Assembly (NCBI RefSeq): GCF_963921235.1
Contig: NC_086108.1
Span: forward strand, 96,040,001-96,104,000
Origin: Mobula hypostoma
Taxonomy: Eukaryota
Length of the DNA: 64,000 nucleotides
Direction: 5' to 3'
Position numbers and translations under genes: made by a program. Position 1 is the first letter of the stretch. Each line of letters starts with the position of its first letter. Positions 51,601-64,000 of the stretch are shown here, piece by piece. Under the pieces are notes generated by a model that did not search any database, was not told where the DNA came from, and saw only the letters and a program-made list of their open reading frames with translations.

Positions 51601-53363
51601 AATAATCCTCTAGATTAACCTCTAGATTAATATTTGTAAGATCGAAGAATTGAGGGTTATGGAGAATCAGAATCACTGGCATATATCGTGAAATTTATTG
51701 TTTTGCAGCTGTAGTACAGTACAATACATAAAATATACTATAAACTACAATAAGAAACATAATCGAAAAAGGTAAGTAGAAAAAAAGAGAGCAGAAAGAG
51801 TGAGGTAGTGTTTATGGGTTCATTGTTCCTTCTGAAATCTGATGGCGGAGGGGAAGAAGCTGTTCCCAAAACACTTAGGCTCCTGTACCTGCTCTCTGAT
51901 GGTAGTACAATAATGAGAAGAGGGCATGAATTAGATAGTTGGGGTTCTTAGTGACAGATGCTGCCTGTTTTGAGGCATCACTAAAGATGAGGTGTTGAGG
52001 CCTGTATAGGTCAGCCACAATCATACTGAGGGATGTGACAGGCTTGAGGACAGACAGTCTACTCCTGCTTTTATTTCCTTATGTACTATACATAAGATGT
52101 GAGGAACTGCAGGTGAACTGCTACTTCCCCTGCAAGGGCTGTTTGGGTACTGGAATGATGGGAAGAGAAGAGGGTTAAAGTACACGTCCTACAGTTGAAG
52201 GAGGACATCTAAATTAGACAGTGCTGCTTGTGGCCCTTCTACAGCCCATATAGTATGTGGTTAGATACCGTGATGCCAACATAGCTCAGGGTGTCGGAGT
52301 TCAGAGTTCAGTTCTGGCGTCCTCTATAAGAAAGTTTGTACGTTCTTCCCTTGTGCATGTGGGTTTCTTCCAGTTGTGCCAGCTTCCTCCCACTGTTCAA
52401 AAATGCACTAGTTAATAGGTTAATTGATCACTGTAAACTGTCCTATGATTAGGTTAGGGCACCATCCAGGGCTTGTTCAATGCTATAGCTTTAAGTAACT
52501 AACTAAATAAATACCTTGATGTTTGGTCACAGTAAGAGGTGTCTGAGAGCCTTTACCTGATAAAGATGAGTCACTGAGCCTTGTAGCACCGCTGCTCTTG
52601 CATATGGGTTTGATGATGGTATTGGCAGAAAATGAACCCAATGTCATGCTGGGCAGCAAATCACTGAGATGAAAACAGAGGAGGAGGATGCTGAGACCTT
52701 GAGGAAGACTAATTATTTGGGAGTGTATGATCAGTAGGGATAGTGAAAATGCTGCAGGAGCTGGAATTGGGGACAGGACGGGGGGAATGGTGAAGAAAGG
52801 CGTGAAGAGATGGAAGTCAGAGAAAAGTGAAAGAGAAGAAAGATCTGAAGGATGTCTGTTGAAGTTTGAGGTACTTGATTTCTGAAAAGAGGGAAAAAAA
52901 GTCTGCTGAAAGTTCTGCTTGTAACCGATTATTCAGGACTCACTGATTTCCTACATTGTTGAGAATAATCACGGAGTATATTTTTGTTAAAATGTCAAAA
53001 TTTTTGATGTATCATAACTGATGTTCCCTATTATCTATAGATAATTAAGTGAATGTTTCGCTGATAAACAGAAATGTTTTTATAGCTACTTGGGACATGC
53101 AAAGGTCAGCATATTCTTGCAGTAAGATATATCACTCGGATCAACAAAAAAACTATATTGAAGGAAGTTTACTTCGAGCATCTGAGGTCTGAAAAATAAT
53201 GTAGAAACACAAATCTGAGCTTTGTATGCTCGTTCCAAGTGTGAAGTTTGCTAGATGCCTTATTTGTGAAGTGTTTCACACTGAGCCCAGCAGGTAAAAT
53301 GGCCCCTTGTTGTATGCCACCAGGAAAAAAAGAAGGAAGTGTTTAATTGGTGGTTGTGCAGTG

Positions 53364-53910
53364 TATTCAGTGGCCACTTTATTATCTACCTCCTGTACCT
53401 AATAAAGTGGCAACTAAGTGCGTGTTTGTGGTCTTCTGCTGCTGTAGCCCATCCACTTCGAGATTTGATGTGTTGTTTGTTTAGAGATGCTCTTCTGCAC
53501 ACCCCTGTTGTAATGTGGGGTTATTTGAGCTACTGTCACCTTCCTGTCAGCTTGAACCAGTCTGGTTATTTTCCTCTGACCTCCCTCATTAACAAACTGT
53601 TTTCTCCCACAGGAATTCTGCTCACAGGATGTTTTTTGTTTTTCACACCATGATCTATAAACTCTGGAGATTGTTGTACATCCCAGGAGATCAGCAGTTT
53701 CTGAGATACTCAATCCACTCTGTCTGGCAGTAATAATCCACAGTCAATCACATTTCTTCCCCATTCTGATGTTTGGACTGAACAACAATTGAACTCTTTG
53801 ACCATGTCTGCGTGCTTCATGCATTGAGTTGCTGCCACCTAATTGGCTGATTAGATGTTTGCATTAACAAGGTGGTGTACAGGTATACCTGATAAAGAGG
53901 CTACTGAATG
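53364..53910 (-). mobile_element. Non-autonomous Tc1-like element
   Basis: TIR-like ends; ORF MSISETADLLG..TISRVYRSWCEK resembles a Tc1 N-terminal HTH. Confidence 0.75.
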
Positions 53911-56900
53911 TATGTTTGAATGATGTTGAATAAATGCCAATGGTTGTAAACTCTATATCTCTGATTTAATTCATTGGTGGGATACTGATATTAATGGCAA
54001 TAGTCGTATTTATTATCCTTCCCTAATAGTTTTAGAATTTAGAAGGCAGTAAGGTGTCAACCACAATGATAGGTTGCTGTTAAATGTCACACAGACTGGA
54101 TAAAGAAGGAAGACTTCCTTTTCTGAAAAGGGATTACTGAATTAAATAGTTTTTTACGATGACCTGGTTGTTCCATGTTTTCTAACAGAGGGTTGGTGCA
54201 GTTCTGGTGTTCTGCTGTGTTGGTGTTTACCAACACAGTTCTGCTATGTTGGTGTTTACCAACACAGGGTTGGTGCAGTTCTGGCAGGTAGCAGAGAAGG
54301 AATGCAGGGGCGGGGTGGGGGTGGTTGTGTGGGTTCAGACACACTCAGTCCTGAGAAACCAGGCAAGCTCATTTGATTCCAAACAATTGATTTACTATCA
54401 TCACAGAATGTCCCTCTGGTGCTTCCTGCCCCCTCTCCTCTCCCTTCCCCTTTTCCCAACCGTGATTCCCCTCTCCCTGCTCCCTTCCCACTCTCAGTCC
54501 ACAATAGAGACCCATATCAGAGAAAAGGTTTATCATCACTCATATGTCACGAAATTAGGTTGTTTTTGTTTGCGGCAGCAGTACAGTGCAATACATAAGA
54601 TTACCACACTACTGTCTTAGACACCCTAGCTATACCCTAGCCTGAGATATTTGCACAGTGCGGTATATTTAGTTTATTTGGTAGCATGATCAGAACAGAC
54701 ATCGTCTGCTGAAAGGACTGCTCCTGTGCCATGCTGTTCCATGTTCCATGTTCTGAGGCTTACAACAATGATAAATAAATTAAATAAAGCACGTGAATAT
54801 CCTGATTCATAAATGTTGGTGGTCGGTGATATTTTTTCTATATAATGAGTTGAACAGTTGTTTTACTAGCAGTGTACTTATTGCAACTTCACATTTATTG
54901 TAATTTTGCATCTTAATGCTCAGTCTTTACATTGACAGCTTTTATCAGCAGTAAACTTCTTCCTGCACTGCATTCAGGCTCTTGGCACTGCACTCCTGGG
55001 AGTGATCTATCCCATATTCTTCTGAGCACATGTCCGGAAGGTCTCCAGCTCCCTTGTGAGTACAAGACATTGTCCTTTCTTTCTACCGCTGTGGTCCAGC
55101 CCTTCCAGTGCAACCTTTGAAATTCTATAAAGCACATTTTCTCCCTTGATCAGCCACTATTTGATCTTTCACTGCGCAACATTTAAATTGTTCTCCGCAC
55201 TACCAACAATCACAATGCATTGCACTTGAAAAGATGCAAGATAATTATGTGTAGTTCACGCTAATTTTAAATTGTGTTAAGGGTTCTTGAGTTTGGGTCC
55301 ACCCTGTTACTTGATGCCAGTTAACAGTGCATGAAGCAACACATGATTGATGAAAATGAGCACGCAGCATGATTCTGTGGAAGTACAAATTCAAGTTCAA
55401 AGTCAGTTTACTGTCACTCAGCCTTACACATGTATACCACCAATCAAAGTAACATTCCTCTGGACTAAGATGCACAGCACAACACATAATGTAATATTGT
55501 GACAAATAAGTTAAAAAACACAATGAAAGACACAAGTTAAAAAGTTAACAGTATAGTGCTATTGGTGCTTCATATGTGATGAGATCTGGGTGGTGGCAGG
55601 GAATTCAGTAGTCTTATGGCCTTATGAAGTAAGTTTTTTACTTATCATCATCTCTATTATAATTTTTGTGGGTATTCAATTTAATTTATCAATTTGTTGA
55701 AAATGTGTCGAAAAATTGAAAAGAATAATATTTTCTTGATTTGGATGAATATTACTGTAGCTGAGATAAATTCTATAAGTATCCCAATATCCAGAGATGC
55801 ACAACTATTTGTACGGATAATTTTCTGAGATCAGAAGTGAGACTTGTTTTGTTAAGAGAGACCATGCTTTAGATGATCTATTGTAATGACAAATATTCAT
55901 TGTGCCAATGTCTTGGAGACTGCAAAAGGTATCTGAGAGGGAAAGGTGATAATGCTGGCTAACTCACTAAAGCAGTCAAAGGTCCCACCCGCCCTTGACA
56001 TTCTCTCCTCCTTGGGTAAACGATACAAAACCCTGAAAACATTTATCACCAGGTTCAAGGACAAATTCCATCCTGTTGTCACAAATCTGTTTTCCCAGTA
56101 CAGTTAGATTCTCGACCTCACAATGTATATTATTGTGAGCTTGCACCTTATTGTCTACCTGTGCTGCATTGTCTCTGTACTGTAACACTTTATTCTGCAC
56201 TCTGTTATTGTTTTACCATGTACCTTTGTAATGAGTTTTCCACTGTACTTCAGTACATGTGACGATAATAAACAATTTACCAATTTCACTTTACAGACTC
56301 TGCAGGATGTCCATTTCTGAATTGTTATGAAATTACTGCAGAACCCATTGATTTGCTATCTCTCCCCAAGTAATCACATATCTATAATAGGACACAGAAC
56401 ATTACAGTCCTTTTGGCCCACGATACTGTGCCAACCTGTTAACCTACTCTAAAATCAATCTAACCTTCCCTGCTACATAGCCCTCCATTTTTCTATCAAC
56501 CATGTGCCTATCTAAGAGTTTCTTAAATGCCCCTAATGTTTCTGCCTCTACCACCAGCCCTGGCAACCACTCTGTTAAAAAACTACCTCTGATGTCCCCC
56601 TATACTTTCCTCCAATCACCTTAAAATTATGTCCCTTTGTATGAGCCATTTCCACCTTGTGAAGAAGTCTCTGGCTATCCATTTGATCTATGCCTCTTAT
56701 CATTTTGTGCACCTCTATCAAGTCACTTAGCTTCAAAGAAAAACACCCCATCTCACTCAACCTGTCCTCATAGGACATGCTCTCTAATCCAAGCAGCATC
56801 CTGGTAAGTCTCCTCTGCATCCTCTCTAAAACTTTCCCATCCTTCCTTTAGAGAGATGACCAGTGCTGAACAAAATATTCCAAATGTAGTCGAAACCAGT

Positions 56901-57092
56901 GTTTTATAGAGCTGCAACATTACCTCATGGATTTTGAACTCAGTCCCATGACTAATGAAGCCAATTCATCATACTCCTTCTTAACAACCCCATCAGTTTG
57001 TGTGGAAACTTTGAGGGATCTGTGGGCATAGACCCTCAGATCCCTTTGTTCCTCCACAATGCTAAAAATCCTATCATTAATCCTGTATTCTG

Positions 57093-57389
57093 TGTGTTGG
57101 CGCGTGGCCAAGTGGTTAAGGCATTGGCCTAGTGATCTGAAGATTGCTATTTCGAGCCTCAGCTAAGGCAGCGTGTTGTGTCCTTGAGCAAGGCACTTAA
57201 CCACACATTGCTCTATGATGACACTGGTGCCAAGCTGTATCAGCCCTAGTGCCCTTCCCTTGGACAACATCGGTGGCGTGGAGAGGGAAACAATTGCTGG
57301 TCTTCCATACAACCGTGCCCAGGCTGGCACCCTGGAAACCTTCCAAGGCGTAAATCCATGGTCTCATGAGACCAAGGGATCCCTATATA
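57093..57389 (+). mobile_element. tRNA-derived SINE with CORE-like domain
   Basis: A box TGGCCAAGTGG, B-box-like TTTCGAGCC, CORE-like TGTGTCCTTGAGCAAGGCACTTAACC; perfect 14-bp TSD AATCCTGTATTCTG (57079-57092 and 57390-57403). Confidence 0.88.
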
Positions 57390-57426
57390 AATCCTGTATT
57401 CTGCCTTCAAATTCAACCTTCTAAAG

Positions 57427-57505
57427 CAGGGTTCCCAACCTTTCTTATGCCATGGACCAATACCATTAAGCAAAGGGTCCATGGACTCCAGGTTGGGAAC
57501 CCCTG
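57427..57505. mobile_element. hAT-type mini-MITE
   Basis: CAGGGTTCCCAAC...GTTGGGAACCCCTG; inserted in a CR1 fragment. Confidence 0.72.
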
Positions 57506-58424
57506 ATCAAAAGTGGATCACCTCACACTTTTCTGGGTTTAACTCCATCTGCTACTGTTTGATGTTAAAATCCGACTAACTTCATTAACATAAGGGATAA
57601 AATTTTGTTGTTTAAACTGAAATTCCTAACTTAATCAGGCTTTCAGCTCACATTTAGCCCAGAAACTTCTGGTATAATGTTGTAGGACTGTAAAAATGTT
57701 GTCAAGAAAGCCATTTTTAGGCATCGGCATCTGTCTACATGTGAGTAGTTAATCTTCAAATAGTTTATCGATGAGGAAATGAGGTGAAAAGGTTAAAGAA
57801 TTCTCGTAGGCCTCTGATTAATATTCCTTATGAGATCTATAGTTTACCAACGCAATGGTTGCTACAGCTGCATCCGGCTTCCATTTTCAAAAAGCAAAAC
57901 ATTGTACACACTGGGAATCTGCAATAAACATTTTAAATTTTGTAAAATGGTCAACCGATCAAGCAGCATTTGTAGAGAGAGAAAAGCAGTTAACATCTCA
58001 GCTGAATTGCCTTTTGTCTGAACCGTATAAACTTGTTTTGGTGACATAAATAGGCAGCCTTTGAAGCAGAACTGAGAGCAACAAAAATAATTGTAGGGTC
58101 ACAAAGAAAATATCAGTAAATCTTAATAAGTTTGGTATGTTCTGCCTCAAAATCAAGTTTTCTTGGGAGCTTTTAGATCTGCCTGATACTTAAGAGGATG
58201 AAGAATGTAGGCTTAAAATAATACTTGTAGATACAGGAATGTAGCAAAACAAGAAGTCTCAATTTCATATTATGTAGGCAGATTTGGGACTGTTGCTATA
58301 AATGATTTATTTATGTACAATCTGATGAGCAGCTGCAACAGTGATCAAAAGGATTTCTGAGACTGGAACATAATGAAGTAAACGGAATATGATTATATTA
58401 GAGTTCACAGCATAGAAATGTGTA

Positions 58425-58830
58425 GCCCCCAACCTGATGGCATGAGTATCAATTTCTCCCTCCGGTTAAAAAAAACATTTCCTTCCCTCCTCCCCTCTTC
58501 CTCTATTTCCTAATTCTGGCCCCTTACCTCTTCTCTCCTGCCTATCACTTTCCCCTGGGTCCCCTCCTCTTTCCTTTTCTCCTATGGTCCTCTCTCCTTT
58601 CCTATCAGATTCCTTCCTCTCCATTCCTTTAGCTTTCCGACCCACTTGGCTTCACCTATCATCTTCCAGCTAGCTTCCTTCCCCTCCTCCCCACCTTTTT
58701 ATTTTGGCATATTTCCCCTTCCTTTCCAGTCCTGATGAAGGGGCTTGGCCTGAAATGTCAACCATTTATTCATTTCCGTAGATGCTGCCTGACCTTCTGA
58801 GTTCCTCCAGCATTTTGGGTGCATTGCATG
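58425..58830 (+). mobile_element. Penelope pLTR fragment
   Basis: Homologous to the other copies; CTGATGAAG...GAAATGTC motif at about 58728-58762. Confidence 0.75.
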
Positions 58831-59929
58831 GAAATAGTCCCTTTGGCCTATTACGTCCATGCTGGTCATTGAGTTACTTATCTACACCAATTTGATTCTC
58901 TATCATTTGGCCTTTCACGTCCTGGCATTTCAACTGCAAACCTAAATACTTCTTAAATGTTATCAGATCACCTGCTTCCATCAGTCCCTCAGGAAATATA
59001 TTTCAGTTTGCAGTCACACTCTAGATGGGGGGAAAAAAAATGTTTTCTTGAGTACCTTTTAACTCTCCTAACCTTCACTAAAAAAAAAAGTCTGCTCTTT
59101 GATATAGACACCTCTGCTGAGGAGAAAAAAGTTTCTCATTGTTTCTCCTATCTGTACCTTCCAAAATCCTGAAAGGATGAAACAAAATGGGCAGAAAGGA
59201 ATAACTCTGCAATCTAAAACTGGACTTGGTTGTTAAAAAAATAGAAGTAACTGAATTGTGTAAATAATAAAATATGGGGAAATAGTTCAGATCTTTTCCG
59301 TATTTTTACCTGAACAGTTAAATATTGGGAAAAGTGAATCCATTGTCGTTGAACTTTGCTATAATTCCATTCATCTCCAAAGTCTATATTTCAGTCTATC
59401 CAAAATACTGTGTCTTATTTTTGGCACCGAGGCATAGGAAATACATATTGGCCGTATATTCATCTGAAATTTATCAGATCTTAAAGAGTTAAATTAAGAA
59501 GGCAAGTTGCAAACTCTTGTTTTGTTTTCCCTTGTGTTTTAACGGTTGAGGGGGTGATGTAATTGAGGTATTTAAAATAATAAAGATTAAATAAGTATTT
59601 CCTCTGTTGGGGGAAATTCAGAACAAAAGATTATAATTTTAAAATTAGACCTAAGCCATTTAGGAACGAAACCAGGATGCACTCATTGCACAAATAATAG
59701 TGTACTGTATACCTGGAGCTTTCAATCTGAAACCCATTGGCAAAGGATTCTTGACATCTTCAAGCCTGAGACTGGTAATTGAATAAGACTATTAAAAGAC
59801 GTGGGCAAGCAGCAGATGAATTGATTTGAGCCACAGATTGGGCATAATCTACTTGAATCTCTGAATTTAGTTAGAGAGGCTGAGTGATCCCCTCCTGCTT
59901 CATGTTCCCATGCCTCATAGAGTCATAGA

Positions 59930-60372
59930 TCATAAGACCATAAAACCATAAGACACAGGAACAGTGTTAGGCTCTTCGGCTGATTTATTCTCCCTCTCAA
60001 CCTGATTCTCTTGCCTCCTCCCCATAACCTTTGACGCTCTGACTAATCAAGAACCTATCTGATAAATTCCAGATGAATATAAGGCCCATATATATTTCCT
60101 GTGCCTCAGTGCCAAAAATAAGATACAGTATTTTGGATGGACTGAAATAAGGCAGAAACTTCTGCCTTATACCCAAAGACTTAGCCTCATCTCTGGCATT
60201 GAATCACACAGATTCACCGCCCTCTGGCTAAAGAAACTCCTCCTCATCTCTGTTCTAAATGCATGTCCCTCTATGCTGAGGCTGTGCCCTCTGGTTCTAA
60301 ATTCCCCTACTATAGGAAACGTCCTCTCCACATCCACTCTATGTAGGCCTTTCAAAATTCAATAGGTTTCAT
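59930..60372 (-). mobile_element. CR1 3' fragment containing a templated insertion
   Basis: ORF 60167-60355(-) TRGHSL...RRSFFSQRAVNL; tail at 59930-59955. Confidence 0.8.
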
Positions 60373-60524
60373 CAGGTTGAACAGCATAGAAGCAGACCCT
60401 CTGGAACACTACACCTAAGCTAGTCATCATGGCTACCAAAGCTAATCCCACCTGTCTGAAATAATTAATTCATATCCCTCTTAATACTCAATAGTGTGCA
60501 GCTTCATCATTGAAGTTTGATTCC

Positions 60525-61160
60525 AAAGTATAGTCAGAGGGACAGAGGGAGAAAAAGGAGAGTGAGAGTACCCCTTGCCCATCCTCTGGTTTCCCCCCCC
60601 CCTTGTCTTTCTCCCCGGACCTCCTGTCCCATGATCCTCTCATATCCCTTTTGCCGATCACCTGTCCAGCTCTTGGCTCCATCCCTCCCCCTCCTGTCTT
60701 CTCCTATCATTTTGGATCTCCCCCTCCCCCTCCCACTTTCAAATCTCTTACTAACTCTTCCTTCAGTTAGTCCTGACGACTGTCGACTGAAACGTCGACT
60801 GTACCTCTTCCTAGAGATGCTGCCTGGCCTGCTGCGTTCACCAGCAACTTTGATGTGTGTTGCTTGAATTTCCAGCACCTGCAGAATTCCTGTTGTTTGC
60901 GTAGGTAATAGGTGAAACCAGGTGAGGGGGAAGATGGGAGGGTGGGGGAGGGAGATGAACAAAGGGAAGAAGAAACAGCAGAGGGAGGTGAGGAGAAGAG
61001 AAGGGGCGCGAGGAGAACTAGAATGGGAACAGCAAAAGAGAAGTGGGGAGGGAGGGAGAAGAAATTACCAGAAGTTAGAGAAATTGATGTTCATGCTGTC
61101 AGGTTGTCGACTGCCCAGATGGAGCATGAGTGTGGTTTCATAGTGGGAGTAGAGGAGGCT
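60525..61160. mobile_element. Penelope pLTR (+) with short inverted 5' piece, followed by an older minus-strand fragment
   Basis: Closely similar to 12440-12815; hammerhead core at 60769-60800. Confidence 0.78.
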
Positions 61161-63034
61161 ATAATTTTTATCTTTCATACTGTTTATACAGATAAAATCA
61201 TTGCACAGAGCATTGAGCTAGAATAAGGCAAGACTTGAAAAAGGTAAAAGCTAGAATGAGGTAAGGTAGATCCAGGTCAAAAGTAGAAGAAACCGTCCTA
61301 CCTGCACCAGCTCTTTAGCCGCTCCCACTTTTGCTCCATCTTCCTGTTCCTGCCCTTGCAAGCACATGGAGCAGGGTATAATCCTGCATTGACAACCCTG
61401 CTTTCTATGATCCTAGCTCAGGTTGACTCAGCCTGCCTGCAACCACAACCACTTGTTTAATAACACATTGGGACTCGTAAACTGCCACAAATTTTGTGGT
61501 TTGCCTCAATCAAAAATAGGCACACCCAAATACCTTGGTCCAATTTCAGTTACAAATAATGGATTAAAATAATGACATACTTGCATTATTTCAGAGTAAT
61601 TGCTGTGCTTGTAAATAATAACTACTCTGTCACAAAGACGGTCAATTTGTACTTCTGTAGCGTGGAAGTATAGATTGACATCTGAGCATTTCTCAGCCCA
61701 TCAGCTGTCACTGCTAAATTCAACTGTTCAAAACCTGTTCTGATGGCTTGCCTTCCATCACTTTGCGAAGTTCATCTTGATGTAAATATTTGCTGACACA
61801 CTCTATCTCCTGGACTCTCTGTGTGAGAATTGTGTTTCCTCCCTTTTTCTATTGTTATCACTAAACCTACCAGTGATGAAAATTCACTGTTCCTCTTGTT
61901 GGAACTACTTGCAGTCTTGTTTTGATTTGCTACAGCACTTGGTCATTTTAAACCCCATTATCTCTTCCTTTAAGGAACTCCATAGCACAGAGGTCATGGG
62001 TTAAGGGTGAAAGGTGAGAAGTTTAAGGGGAACGTGAGGAGAAGCTTCACCATTCAGAGGGTCATGACAGTGTGAAACAAGCTGCCAGCATAAGTGCTGC
62101 ATGCGAGCTCGATTTCAATGGTTAAGAGAAGTTTGGACAGGTACTGTACATGATGGTAGGAGGACTATGGTCCTGGTGCAGGTCAATGAGAGTAGGCAGT
62201 TTAAATGGTTTGGCACAGACTAGATGGGCCAAAAGGCCTGTTTCTGTGCCATACTTTCCTATGACTCTACGACTCTATAACATTACCCCGCTCCAATGAA
62301 CTTTTACTCAAATGTCCCTATATACTCAAGTTGCTCAGTGGCTGCGTTTGCCTGATCGCATTTCTTAGTAATTTTTTAATGTTAAGGAAGCATAATTGAA
62401 ATGCTTTCCTTTTAATACATTAAAGCATGCTCACAACTTTCTAACTCTAACCCATAATTGTTGGAATGTGGGAGGAAACCAGAGCACCCGGGGAAACACA
62501 TGTGGTCATAGGTAGAATGTACGAACTCCTTATAATCAACTTAGGTTGGAGACTGAACTTCAAAAAACTGCTGCTCAGCTGCAGGTAATACATCGAAGGT
62601 TGCAGAAAAATAATTATTTACATTTTTTATTAATGGCGGTAACTTGCAAAAAGTTAGTGGCATGTTTGTTCAGTTTGGAGGGGAAAGAGCTTAAACAAAA
62701 ACAAACTTTTTGAAAGCATTGCATGCCAGCTAATAATGGTGCTGTTTTGTGGTTCCTATTGAGAACCAGCTGCCTCCTTCCTTGGGCATTAATCCCAGGG
62801 TGATAATCTTCAGTGAGGATTGAAGACTGAACTACCAGCACTCAGAACTGTTGGCCAGGAGTGGGAATGGAGAGTTTAAGCTGAACACTCTCACACTCAA
62901 GCTTGAGGAGATGTGGCCTTCATACCTGCTCCAATCCTACCCTGGGAGGAAGTCCCACTGGCTAGCTGACTTCCGCTCCTGACCAGATAGGCTAACTCCG
63001 AGTCCTCTGTAGGTAGTCAACCATATTCAACATA

Positions 63035-63570
63035 CATTTGGTGGCCACTACATTAGGTACACCTGTACACTGGCATGCTAATCAGCCAATTATGTGGCAG
63101 CAACTCTCTGCATAAAAGCATTCAGACATGGTCAAGAGGTTCAGCTGTTGCTCAGATGAAGTATCAGAATAGGGAAGAGATGTGATCTAAGTGACTTTGA
63201 CCATGGAACAATTGTTGGTGCCAGACAAGGTGGTAGAGTATCTCAGGAAATGCTGATCTCCTGGGATTTTCACACACAACAGTCTCTAGGGTTTACAGAA
63301 AATGTGCAAAAAACAAAAAAAAAATCCAGTGAGCGGCAGTTCCGTGGGAAAAAGTGCCTTATTAATGAGAGAGGTCAGAGGAGAACGGCCATAGCTGACA
63401 GTAATTCAGATAACCACATGTTACAACAGCGGTGTGCAGAAGAGCATTTCTGAATACACAACATGTCGACCCTTGAAGTGGATGGGCTAAAGCAGCAGAA
63501 GATCACCAACATACACTCAGTGGCCACTTTTTTAGCTCCAGGAGGCGCCCAATAAAGTGTCCTCTTAGTG
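63035..63570 (+). mobile_element. Non-autonomous Tc1-like element
   Basis: Reverse complement of 53364-53910; TA flanks. Confidence 0.72.
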
Positions 63571-63604
63571 TATTTCCTTATTGTCATGAACTCAACGCCT
63601 TCTA

Positions 63605-64000
63605 TACACACTTTGAAAGGGAGGATACAACCACAACAGTGACAACCCCTGCTGCACCTGATGACCCTGTGATCTCCGTCTCAGAGGCTGATATTAGCCT
63701 GACTTTAAAGAGCAGGAACCCTCGCAAGGTGGAAGATCCAGATGGACTACCTGGTAAGGCTCTGAAAACCTGTGCCAACCAACTAGCGGGAGTATTCAAG
63801 GGCATTTTCAATCTCTCACTGCTAAAGACAGAAGTTTCCACTTGCTTCAAAAAGGCAACAATTATACCAATGCCTAAGAAGAATAATGTGAGCTGCCTTA
63901 ATAACTGTCGCTTGGTAGCACTCACATCTACTGTGATGAAATGCTTTGAGAGGTTGGTCATGACTCGAATGAGCTCCTGCCTCAGCAAGGACCTGGATCC
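63605..64000 (+). mobile_element. Rex1/Babar-like LINE RT-upstream fragment (runs off the window)
   Basis: Plus frame reads NPRKVEDPDGLPGKALKTCANQLAGVFKGIFNLSL...CFKKATIIPMPKK..CLNN.R.VALTSTVMKCFERLV. Confidence 0.8.

Larger units (their letters stand above)
56380..57560 (-). mobile_element. CR1 3' fragment hosting a SINE and a MITE
   Basis: ORFs 56575-56820(-) and 56920-57111(-) are CR1 RT C-terminal remnants. Confidence 0.8.

Noticed and set aside
54189..54284. CRISPR-like repeat array
   Set aside because: Eukaryotic context, only two units, no unique spacers and no cas genes.
57095..57170. tRNA gene (also 33590-33656 and 20120-20190)
   Set aside because: SINE heads with bodies and tails (two with TSDs); no complete cloverleaf or Pol III terminator evident.

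Overview
Vertebrate nuclear DNA, not prokaryotic. The CR1-clade LINEs, V-SINE/HE1-like SINEs and Penelope repeats suggest a cartilaginous fish (inference). The only recognisable host gene is a minus-strand BET-family gene, best matching BRDT. Three coding exons (7501-7704, 2787-2924, 2579-2708) encode the N-terminus and the whole first bromodomain, and the gene presumably continues left beyond the window. The clearest non-TE CpG cluster (about 37990-38220) carries E-box, E2F-like, CHR and ETS motifs and is the likely promoter and non-coding exon 1, implying a first intron of about 30 kb. Most of the rest is transposon-derived: a near-intact CR1 LINE, a Gypsy LTR element in a four-level nest, Penelope-like fragments carrying minimal hammerhead ribozymes, RTE and Rex1/Babar LINE fragments, hAT, Tc1 and mariner elements, and tRNA-derived SINEs. 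Highlights are about 10 hammerhead ribozyme copies (one with an intact core on the putative BRDT pre-mRNA strand), the nested stack with readable target-site duplications (TSDs), and templated-insertion or fold-back repair scars. No wholly new system can be claimed from sequence alone. TE boundaries without TSDs are approximate.
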